In this document: positions 56,851 to 64,000 of the stretch, one piece after another | Layout: every line of letters starts with the position of its first letter | Position numbering within the stretch: the first letter of the stretch is position 1 | Assembly (NCBI GenBank): GCA_945912145.1 | Contig: CAMEBF010000008.1 | Coordinates: 12,925-76,924, forward strand | Direction: 5' to 3' | DNA: 64,000 nt | Origin: an uncultured Clostridia bacterium | GTDB lineage: Bacteria; Bacillota; Clostridia; Oscillospirales; Acutalibacteraceae | The notes under the pieces: generated by a model | Databases searched by the model: none | The model's input: only the letters and a program-made list of their open reading frames with translations | Told to the model about the DNA's origin: nothing | Made by a program: the position numbers and the translations under genes

Positions 56851-56892
56851 AATTCTATACAAAAAATTCTATACAATCAGGAGGAAAATGAT

Positions 56893-58806
56893 ATGTCCAA
56901 ATTCGTAATCGAATGTCCGAAATGTCATAATTATACCATGGCGTCAAAGGTGTTTAACCGCCATGTGAAATGCACCTGTGGTTATGAAATATCGGTAAAG
57001 AACGACAGAATGGCGGCAAAGGAGTGTCCCCATTGCCACAACACCGTTATCTATGACCAGGCAAAGGGCGCAAAGGCTGTTTGCCCCGTCTGTAAAGAGC
57101 CCATCAACACTTCCGAAGACTTAAAAAATGCGGTGGATATTTATTGTCCATCCTGCTCATGCGAGCTGGTGGTCGATAAAAACGGCGCAGAATATACCTG
57201 CCCGCTTTGCGAAACAAAAATCGACGTGCAAAAGCAGATCGCGAAGCAAAAGATAAAGAATCAGGGACTTGCCAGCGTGATCAAATATGAGGGCGGCAAC
57301 GACACCCTTGTCTGGAAGCATCCGATCGAGGATTTCAATCTCGGTTCACAGCTGATCGTTCATGAGTCGCAGGAGGCACTCTTTTTCCGCGACGGGCAGG
57401 CACTCGACCTCTTCGGCGCAGGCCGCTACACGTTGGCAACGCAGAATCTGCCCGCTCTTGAAAAGCTTTATAAGCTCCCCACAAACACCGATGAGGTCTT
57501 TCATTCTGAGGTTTATTTCATCAATCTGACGACCCAGATGGGTATCAAATGGGGCACGGATTCAAAAGTCCGGCTTTTTGACCCGGCTTCGGGACTGCAT
57601 ATCGAATTGGGTGCCTGCGGTCAGTTTAACCTGCGCGTCTGCAATTCGCGTAAATTTGTCCTGAAGGTCGTGGGTACCGCCGGTTCGTTTACGCAGGAAG
57701 AGATTTTCGGCGATTATCAGAAACAGAATGAAGACGCGAACACCGTCAATAAGGCGTACAGTATAAAATCCGCCGTCAGCCATTTCAAGGCACTTATTAT
57801 TTCAAAAGTGAAAGCGTTCCTTGCACGTTCGATCAAAGAGAATCAGATCAATATTCTCGAGGTCGATGAACACATCGACGAAATCTCCGAATACCTCCGT
57901 GAAAAAATCAACGAAGTGCTGGAGGACTATGGACTCACCATGCCGGAGTTCTTTGTGACGAGCATTATGACGCCGGATGATGATCCGAATTTTGTCAGCC
58001 TTCGTCAGCAGTTCGCGCAAAAGACTCTTCTGGTGCGTCAGGAGGAGATCAAAAAAGCGGAAGCAGAGGCCGCGCAGGCCAGAAAAATGGTCGAAGCGCA
58101 AACGGAAGCGCAGCTTAAAGTTGTTGGAGCGCAGGGTGAGGCGGAATCGCTGAAAATCAAGGCGCAGGCAGAAGCCGAAGCGTATAAGGCGCAGGCGTTT
58201 GCCGAAGCGGAAGAAATGCGCGCAAAAGGCTTTACATACAGTCAGGAAACAGCCCGTCAGGTCGGATTGGAAGCGATGCAGAACGGGATCACCGGCGGCG
58301 CCGGAGGTGCAGGAAACGGCATCGGCGACATCGCGTCTCTCGGTGTTACGCTTGGCGCGATGGGCGGTGTCATCGGCATGACAAAAGAGGCTTTGAGCCC
58401 GCTTATGGGAACGGCAGGCGACATCGGCGAAGGTATCGGAAATGTTGTTGCTGGAAAAACCGACGAGACTGCCGAAACCTGGGACTGCGCCTGCGGCATA
58501 AAAGGAATCACCGGCAACTTCTGCTCCAACTGCGGCGCAAAAAAACCAGCTCCTGTTGAAACCTGGGACTGTGCCTGCGGCAATAAGGGCATCAAGGGTA
58601 ATTTTTGTTCCAACTGCGGCGCCAAAAAGCCTGAGCCGCCGAAAACCTGGGATTGCGCCTGCGGCATGAAGGGGATTACCGGCAACTTCTGCTCCAACTG
58701 CGGCGCCAAAAAGCCAGAAGAGCCTGCAACATGGGATTGTGAATGCGGAAATAAGGGCATTACCGGAAACTTCTGTGACAACTGCGGAAAAGCGAAAGGA
58801 GAATGA
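56893..58806 (+). CDS. SPFH/Band-7 protein (YdjI-like) with three N-terminal and four C-terminal zinc ribbons
   Basis: 637 aa. CPKCHN/CPHCHN..CPVCKE/CPSCSC..CPLCET. SPFH core (..VIKYEGGNDTLVWKHP..VHESQEALFFRDGQ..). A/E-rich coiled coil and a Gly-rich linker. Then 4x TWDCACGxKGITGNFCSNCGAKKP. Confidence 0.8.
   Translation: MSKFVIECPKCHNYTMASKVFNRHVKCTCGYEISVKNDRMAAKECPHCHNTVIYDQAKGAKAVCPVCKEPINTSEDLKNAVDIYCPSCSCELVVDKNGAEYTCPLCETKIDVQKQIAKQKIKNQGLASVIKYEGGNDTLVWKHPIEDFNLGSQLIVHESQEALFFRDGQALDLFGAGRYTLATQNLPALEKLYKLPTNTDEVFHSEVYFINLTTQMGIKWGTDSKVRLFDPASGLHIELGACGQFNLRVCNSRKFVLKVVGTAGSFTQEEIFGDYQKQNEDANTVNKAYSIKSAVSHFKALIISKVKAFLARSIKENQINILEVDEHIDEISEYLREKINEVLEDYGLTMPEFFVTSIMTPDDDPNFVSLRQQFAQKTLLVRQEEIKKAEAEAAQARKMVEAQTEAQLKVVGAQGEAESLKIKAQAEAEAYKAQAFAEAEEMRAKGFTYSQETARQVGLEAMQNGITGGAGGAGNGIGDIASLGVTLGAMGGVIGMTKEALSPLMGTAGDIGEGIGNVVAGKTDETAETWDCACGIKGITGNFCSNCGAKKPAPVETWDCACGNKGIKGNFCSNCGAKKPEPPKTWDCACGMKGITGNFCSNCGAKKPEEPATWDCECGNKGITGNFCDNCGKAKGE
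58477..58803 (+). repeat. four in-frame 84-nt tandem repeats encoding zinc ribbons
   Basis: Repeats are near-identical at the DNA level (..ACCTGGGA(C/T)TG(C/T)GCCTGCGGC..AACTGCGGCGC(A/C)AAAAA..). Confidence 0.9.
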
Positions 58807-58811
58807 AAGCC

Positions 58812-59519
58812 ATGAAAACAAAAAACCTGATAAAGAATATTGTTATTTTTCTTATCGCGCTTATCATCTATCATGTATTGTTTTTTGCGCTTCCGTTTGT
58901 GCATACGCCGACTTTCTGGGGTGCATATATATTCGGAACCGTTGCCATATTGGCGCAGATCGGCGTTGCGGTACTATCTTTTCACGGTTCCGACACGCTC
59001 AGAAAAAAAGTTTATGCATTTCCGATCTCTCGCATGGGGATCATTTACCTGATCGTGCAACTCCTGATTTCTGTCATCTTTTCTACGATCGCTTCATTGC
59101 GCGATAACATTCCCGGTTGGATTGTCTATGTCGTAAGCGGTATTGTTCTGGGCGTATTTACGATTCTTGTTCTTCTTACCGATACAGCGAGGGATAAAGT
59201 GCAGGAAATCGAAGACGAAGAGGACCGGCAGACGGTACAGATCAAGACCTTCCGCGTCAACATTGATTCCATTGTCCGTCGTGTTAACGATCCCGAACTG
59301 CTGAAAATGCTTCAGAAACTCAGCGATACAGCAAGATACAGTGATCCCGTTTCGACCGAAGAGTTGTATCCGATTGAAGCTGAAATCACCGGAAAAATCC
59401 GTGAGCTGAACGATCGGATCGGGTGGGGAGATATAGACGGCGCCAAAGCGCTTGCCGAAGGAATTATCAACTTATTTGAGGACAGAAACGCCCTGTGTAA
59501 GATGTATAAGCGGAAATAA
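58812..59519 (+). CDS. 4-TM membrane protein with a cytoplasmic helical C-terminal domain
   Basis: MKTKNLIKNIVIFLIALIIYHVLFF.. Four hydrophobic spans followed by an acidic, helical ~100 aa. An in-frame ATG at 58803 overlaps the SPFH stop (ATGA), so either start implies coupling. Confidence 0.7.
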   Translation: MKTKNLIKNIVIFLIALIIYHVLFFALPFVHTPTFWGAYIFGTVAILAQIGVAVLSFHGSDTLRKKVYAFPISRMGIIYLIVQLLISVIFSTIASLRDNIPGWIVYVVSGIVLGVFTILVLLTDTARDKVQEIEDEEDRQTVQIKTFRVNIDSIVRRVNDPELLKMLQKLSDTARYSDPVSTEELYPIEAEITGKIRELNDRIGWGDIDGAKALAEGIINLFEDRNALCKMYKRK

Positions 59520-59560
59520 CTGTCGGAAGTACGATATACGCGGCGTGAATCCTATCAAAA

Positions 59561-59606
59561 AAACAGAGGTTGGTACATACCGTACCTGCCTCTGTTTATT
59601 TTTTAT
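59561..59606. terminator. bidirectional terminator between convergent genes
   Basis: AAACAGAGG...CCTCTGTTT followed by a T-run. Confidence 0.75.
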
Positions 59607-60505
59607 GCCTTGATTCGAATTTGGGATTTGAAGAAGGCCGTCAGCTCACAGACGGCTTTTTCGCCGGGGCCGGAGTAGGGGTCGGTGACGCTGAAAACGT
59701 GTTGGAGCTTCTTGCCGTTCAGCGTTTCGGTGTGGTCGGAAAGCGTATTCCTGACTCCGGATTTGTTGAGCGTGTCCCGTAAGACATACGACTGCTGACG
59801 GATAAAATCGCCGCTTGAGGTGATGATGAAAAACGGCGGAAGACTGCTGTCGGCGATGCGGCCGATGTGCAGATATTTTTCAAAAACGGCATTTTGTCCG
59901 CTCTTGCCGAGGAGCACCTTCTTCATGACTTTCAGCATCGGATTTGAGCCAAGATCGACGGCAGGCGAAACGACGCCGACCGCATTGAACGGGAACGATG
60001 CAGGGCTGACATTGAAATCGTCCTGAAAATGTTTGTTGAGGCTGACCGCCGCCGTGACGCAGGCAAGATGTCCGCCTGCGGAGTCGCCGGTCAGGAATAC
60101 ATTGTCGAGGTCGGCAGGGTAGTCGGAGAGGTTTTCCGAAAGCCACAGAAGAGCCGCAAAGACGTCCCTCACCTGATCGGGAAACAGCACGTCGTCAACC
60201 AGGCGGTAATTGATCGAAGCGACCAGAAAACCCTTTGAGGCCAGCCTGAGGCAGTAATATTTATTGATTTCTTTATAGCCGTACATCCAGCCGCCGCCGT
60301 GAATGTCAAGAATCACGGGGAGCTTTTCGGTCGTCCCCTCGGGATAATATATATCGAGCAGATGCCCCTTTTCGCCGTCATGGATGTACGGAAGATCGGT
60401 AATCTGCCGGATGCCGGGCGTCGGCATCTGCGAGTCGATCCTCTTCTGATCGGCTTTCCCGACGGCCTTCCAGTTGAGTTTGAGAATGGATTTGATGATG
60501 TCCAA
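59603..60505 (-). CDS. alpha/beta hydrolase (esterase/lipase, HSL-like)
   Basis: HGGGW oxyanion motif and GDSAGG nucleophile elbow. Confidence 0.85.
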   Translation of the reverse strand: MDIIKSILKLNWKAVGKADQKRIDSQMPTPGIRQITDLPYIHDGEKGHLLDIYYPEGTTEKLPVILDIHGGGWMYGYKEINKYYCLRLASKGFLVASINYRLVDDVLFPDQVRDVFAALLWLSENLSDYPADLDNVFLTGDSAGGHLACVTAAVSLNKHFQDDFNVSPASFPFNAVGVVSPAVDLGSNPMLKVMKKVLLGKSGQNAVFEKYLHIGRIADSSLPPFFIITSSGDFIRQQSYVLRDTLNKSGVRNTLSDHTETLNGKKLQHVFSVTDPYSGPGEKAVCELTAFFKSQIRIKA

Positions 60506-60636
60506 AATGGGATTCCTCCTTTTTCAAGATGTATTGAATACAAAGAAAGACGCTGTGATTTTGGCAAAACTATTTTAAGAATAACCGTGAGAATGTTTTC
60601 ATCCCCACGGTTTTTTTTGTTTGTAGATATGATCGA

Positions 60637-62022
60637 TTATTTCACTTTGTTTTTAATCGCGATGACAATCTCCTGGAAAATTGTCCAGAGCTTTGTCCCT
60701 TTGAGCCGGAGGATAAAATTGTTCAGCATCGCTTTGAAGCTTGTATCTTCCTCGAACCCGAGCGGCTCGCTGCCGTCATCGATCACAAGCGCCTGGGAAA
60801 GACACATGCCGCCTTCGCCCTGCAGCTCAATTCTGACATATTCAAAATCGGCTGCTCCCTCAATGTCATCGAGATCAAGCACAACGGGAAGATCGCCGAT
60901 TGCCTGCTTGGAAATGACGTGACCGTTCGCGATGAACTGGATTTCGTCCGCATTTTCGGCGCGCACAATGAGCTTGTGGCCGGCGACGGAAAGCTCCTTG
61001 AACATCGGGTACGGAATGCCGGAATCTCTGGTATCGAAGCTCTCGGCGGGGCCTATCTCAAAGTCATTGCCGCGGAGCATTCTGGTGACGGCAAAGAACG
61101 CGCCGTTCTGCATGGTTTCTTTGATATTTTCAACGGTGTTCTCTTCCATCATGAACACGCTGAAGGAGCTGTCGCAGTCAATCAGCGTATGCGCATCGGT
61201 GTTGCTGAATCCGATAACGGTCTGACCGTACGGCAGGCAGTACATCAGCAGATTATCCCAAAGGATTCTGTCGTAGCCCGTCGTGCCGTTCTTTTCATTG
61301 AGTACTTCGATGCCGAGACAGGAATCGTATTTCATAATCAGATCGCCGAAGAACTTGATGTTGTCGGGATCGTTGACGGCCTCGGGATTGGCGTTGGTTT
61401 CGAGCCAGTCGCCGGGATGGTTGATATGAGAAAGTCCGCCGTTCTCCTCAACGAATTTGATGGCGTTTTCGTAGCCGACTTCATTCTCCAGACCGCCGAA
61501 GCCGTTGCCGACATTTGACGGCAGGAAAAAGCCGTTGACATGGTTTTTGCTCAGAGACAGATTGTTCAGCTCGTTTGCGCCGGTCACACAGATCATTTTG
61601 CTGCCTCTGTTGTTGTAGGTGCCGGTGGTGATGGCCTCAAATTCCTCATCGGTGAGATGCGCCACCTTGTTGCCGATGAGCTCCTGATAGGAATAGAGAA
61701 GCTGTCTTTCGGGCTCCTTGTTCCATTCCACACCGGTCACACCGTGATCGGAATTGGCCAGGAAATCATAGCCGAGGCTGTAATACTGCTTGACCATGGA
61801 AGCTAAATCAATATCGGAATCGCTGTAGGTCGTATGGGAATGCAGATTGCCGCGGTAGGCGCCCCATGCGTTTTGGCCGCTCCATACGACGTCGGCATAA
61901 GGGGAAACGATGGTATAATCTGACCCGCCCTGTACGTCCAGCGCGGAAGTGCCGATCAGGCAGCAGGAGCCGACCATGATCACGCTCAGAAGAATGCTGA
62001 GAATTTTCTTGAAATGTTTCAT
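60637..62022 (-). CDS. secreted PHP-domain metallophosphoesterase (CehA/McbA-like)
   Basis: Signal peptide. LHSHTTYSDS, SDHG, INHPG and SNTDAH metal-binding motifs. Confidence 0.75.
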   Translation of the reverse strand: MKHFKKILSILLSVIMVGSCCLIGTSALDVQGGSDYTIVSPYADVVWSGQNAWGAYRGNLHSHTTYSDSDIDLASMVKQYYSLGYDFLANSDHGVTGVEWNKEPERQLLYSYQELIGNKVAHLTDEEFEAITTGTYNNRGSKMICVTGANELNNLSLSKNHVNGFFLPSNVGNGFGGLENEVGYENAIKFVEENGGLSHINHPGDWLETNANPEAVNDPDNIKFFGDLIMKYDSCLGIEVLNEKNGTTGYDRILWDNLLMYCLPYGQTVIGFSNTDAHTLIDCDSSFSVFMMEENTVENIKETMQNGAFFAVTRMLRGNDFEIGPAESFDTRDSGIPYPMFKELSVAGHKLIVRAENADEIQFIANGHVISKQAIGDLPVVLDLDDIEGAADFEYVRIELQGEGGMCLSQALVIDDGSEPLGFEEDTSFKAMLNNFILRLKGTKLWTIFQEIVIAIKNKVK

Positions 62023-62041
62023 TTGATACCCTCCGGAAAAG

Positions 62042-63496
62042 TTAATACGGATTGTCCAATCTCTCTAACGGATTGTAACCCAATGCAAAATATTTGAACA
62101 TCCAGATAATCGGATTGAAGCGGAATAAAAGGTTATCCAGCACGGTGATGAGCTTTCGTAAGAAATACGGCGTGTCGTGGACTTCACCTACGGTAACCGG
62201 TGCGAACTCCTCACCCTCAACGTTCAGAACAAAGGGCTGTGAATAGCAGATGCCGTTGTCACCCGTGAGATAGAACCGGACGTAAAGATAGGGCTCATCA
62301 AGGAGCTCGGCGTGCAGGTCAAGCGTCGCCGTGCCGTCCGTGATGTCGGTTTCACGCAGGATCACATTGCCGTTTGAAACCCATGTGATCATATTGAAGT
62401 TTGTTCCCTCAACCGTGATTGTGTCGTTCTCCTGATCGGCCGAAAGACGCGTCACCATGGGCGTATCGTCGCTCATGTAGTCTTTGGATTCGCAGTCATC
62501 CTCATAACCGGGCATTTCCGCCATACCGTTCAGCTCAACGCCGTTGGAATAATGAGAGATCGAGAAGAACTCGCCGTTTTCCATGCTCGAACGGAAGTTG
62601 TCCATTGTGAGGGACGGCATCAGGTGCATTGTATATGCGTCGTTCAGCGAACGCTCATTGTGAGAATCTGAGAACGTAAACGACCACGGCACGACGCCGT
62701 TGGGGATAGTCTTCTGCAGAATCTGGTCATAGAGAATCCGGTCACAGCGGGTATGTGCGTCCGTCGCGCTGTTGATGCCCATGCCGACGCTCGACCCCTG
62801 ATAATCCAGAAAGATTTTCGCAAATTTTTCGGCGTAATAATCATCAACGGGCTGACCGACATGATCGGCGCTGTCTTTGTCGGTATAGACATACTCACCG
62901 ACATGGGACAGCATCGAGATACCGCCGTTTTCGGCGACACCGGCAGACGGTGTCTCATAGTCGCCGTAAACACCGGCAAGTCCCTGACCGTAATCGGAAA
63001 AATACCCCGTCAGATGGCAGTCGGCAATCGGCGTCGCCATATTCAGCTCAATACCCTTGGGGACGTCGAGCATACCGTTCTGATGGGTACGGGTTTCGGA
63101 AACAGCGGTACCGTTCAGGTAGGAATCGTATTCCTCATCGGTAAGCGGCTCAATGGGCGCCATGTTTGTTCTCTCTTTTTTGATGTAACGCAACAGCGGC
63201 ACCGTTTCGGGCGCGATATTCCAGCCCTTGTTGATGGTGCCGTGATCTGTCAGCGCAACGATGTCATAGTTCAGATCGTAGTGCTTCTGGACATACTCAT
63301 GAATCGTCAGATATCCGTCGCTGGCGTTGGTGTGGGAGTGAAGCTGCGTTTTATACGCGCCCCAGGTATCCCAATCCACATTCTCGTACGGATTTGTGAT
63401 GATATAGTTCTTCGCATCGGCGGCAAACGCAGATACGCCGATGATCGGAAGCGCCGTCAGAACGGCAAGAAAAACAGCGAAAATCTTTTTTAACAT
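62042..63496 (-). CDS. secreted PHP-domain metallophosphoesterase, paralogue of the previous gene
   Basis: MLKKIFAVFLAVLTALPIIGVSAFA signal peptide. LHSHTNASDG, TDHG and SATDAH motifs. 19-nt gap to the downstream paralogue. The tracked N-terminal extension was rejected (GGAG RBS before 63496). Confidence 0.75.
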   Translation of the reverse strand: MLKKIFAVFLAVLTALPIIGVSAFAADAKNYIITNPYENVDWDTWGAYKTQLHSHTNASDGYLTIHEYVQKHYDLNYDIVALTDHGTINKGWNIAPETVPLLRYIKKERTNMAPIEPLTDEEYDSYLNGTAVSETRTHQNGMLDVPKGIELNMATPIADCHLTGYFSDYGQGLAGVYGDYETPSAGVAENGGISMLSHVGEYVYTDKDSADHVGQPVDDYYAEKFAKIFLDYQGSSVGMGINSATDAHTRCDRILYDQILQKTIPNGVVPWSFTFSDSHNERSLNDAYTMHLMPSLTMDNFRSSMENGEFFSISHYSNGVELNGMAEMPGYEDDCESKDYMSDDTPMVTRLSADQENDTITVEGTNFNMITWVSNGNVILRETDITDGTATLDLHAELLDEPYLYVRFYLTGDNGICYSQPFVLNVEGEEFAPVTVGEVHDTPYFLRKLITVLDNLLFRFNPIIWMFKYFALGYNPLERLDNPY

Positions 63497-63643
63497 ATCG
63501 TCACTCCGTTCTCTATAATGCAAAAATGACATATAAATCATACCATTATTGAAAAAGAATGTCAATAAAAAAATAGATTTTTATGGATTTTAACCAAACA
63601 AAGATACCCGATGGAAAACCGGAATCGGTTGATTTTTGCCGCA

Positions 63644-64000
63644 TCAGGGCTTTTTTATGATCTCGTCAATTTTTGTTTTCGGATTCGTTTCTCTGACCTC
63701 TTCGAGGAACTTTCCGATTCTCGCGTTGACCGCGTCAATCTCTTTTTCAAATTCGGTCGCCGAGGTCCGCATGACGCCGAAACGCACTGCGGAAAGCTGA
63801 ATCAGATTATCCGATGTCACGACGCGCACATGGTCGTTTTTGCCGATTTCCGAAATCAGCTTTTCGATATAGACATCGCCGAGCTCGCGTTCCTTGGTGT
63901 ATACCACATGAATATTGTGGAAATCGAATTTTTCTCCCGTATTGCCGGGAACTTTGTACGCATCGAAGACGAGCACAACATGATGATTGGTGTAGGCGCT
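63644..64000 (-). CDS. yacP: NYN-domain ribonuclease YacP/Rae1-like; 5' part is outside the window
   Basis: ..VLVFDAYKVPG..HVVYTKERELGDVYIEKL..VVTSDNLIQ.. matches the YacP pattern. The ORF is open to the window end. Confidence 0.7.
   Translation of the reverse strand, partial: SAYTNHHVVLVFDAYKVPGNTGEKFDFHNIHVVYTKERELGDVYIEKLISEIGKNDHVRVVTSDNLIQLSAVRFGVMRTSATEFEKEIDAVNARIGKFLEEVRETNPKTKIDEIIKKP

Noticed and set aside
60583-60620. A + strand terminator (AACCGTG...CACGGTT followed by T8) suggesting an unannotated + strand gene upstream.
   Set aside because: There is no credible + strand ORF or promoter between 60506 and 60583. Most likely it is the (bidirectional) terminator of the minus-strand PHP gene, so I did not list it as a separate feature.

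Overview
This is a 64 kb chromosomal segment of roughly 50-55% GC by eye. Its gene content fits a gut or rumen Clostridia genome (Oscillospiraceae/Ruminococcaceae-like): a dockerin-bearing enzyme, GH38/GH42/GH4 sugar genes, hexuronate genes and desulfoferrodoxin. That taxonomic call is inference only. All functions were assigned from motifs I read in the translated ORFs; no HMM or BLAST search was possible.

Gene content in order:
- A putative peptidoglycan D-Asp/D-Asn side-chain operon (ATP-grasp ligase, Asp racemase, AsnB), then gltX and glnS.
- Three secreted or membrane proteins, including a 1520-aa protein with about 20 Cys-rich repeats.
- GH4, dfx, and a beta-helix protein with uxaA and uxaB.
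- A sulfite-reductase-like Fe-S protein followed by a BtuF/FecCD-type ABC importer.
- A split alpha-mannoside locus: 2x GH38, 2x ROK, SIS, PfkB, epimerase, HAD.
- A DUF4143 ATPase and a GH42.
- An accessory stretch (about 46.8-59.6 kb), followed by an esterase, two secreted PHP phosphoesterases and a partial yacP.

The accessory stretch holds the two most interesting loci:
1. Two coupled WYL regulators, then a roughly 365-nt array of four covarying stem-closed RNA modules (the last is tRNA-like), then a DUF2828-type vWA protein and RtcB. This is a Ro/Y-RNA/RtcB-like layout built from non-canonical parts.
2. A frameshifted RHH gene, a Zn-ribbon/TIR/RCC1-propeller protein, a multi-Zn-ribbon SPFH protein and a 4-TM protein. 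This is a candidate abortive-infection or membrane-stress module.

The intergenic DNA is also unusual:
- A dispersed family of about 130-nt mini-hairpin arrays with compensatory changes between copies.
- Blocks of degenerate heptamer tandem repeats around GCGAAGC hairpins.
- A shared element of about 47 nt upstream of both gltX and glnS.
- A convergent pair of perfect-consensus promoters around a bidirectional terminator, with a 21-codon sORF.
- Four 23-bp tandem repeats.

I found no rRNA, genuine tRNA, CRISPR array, integrase or transposase.
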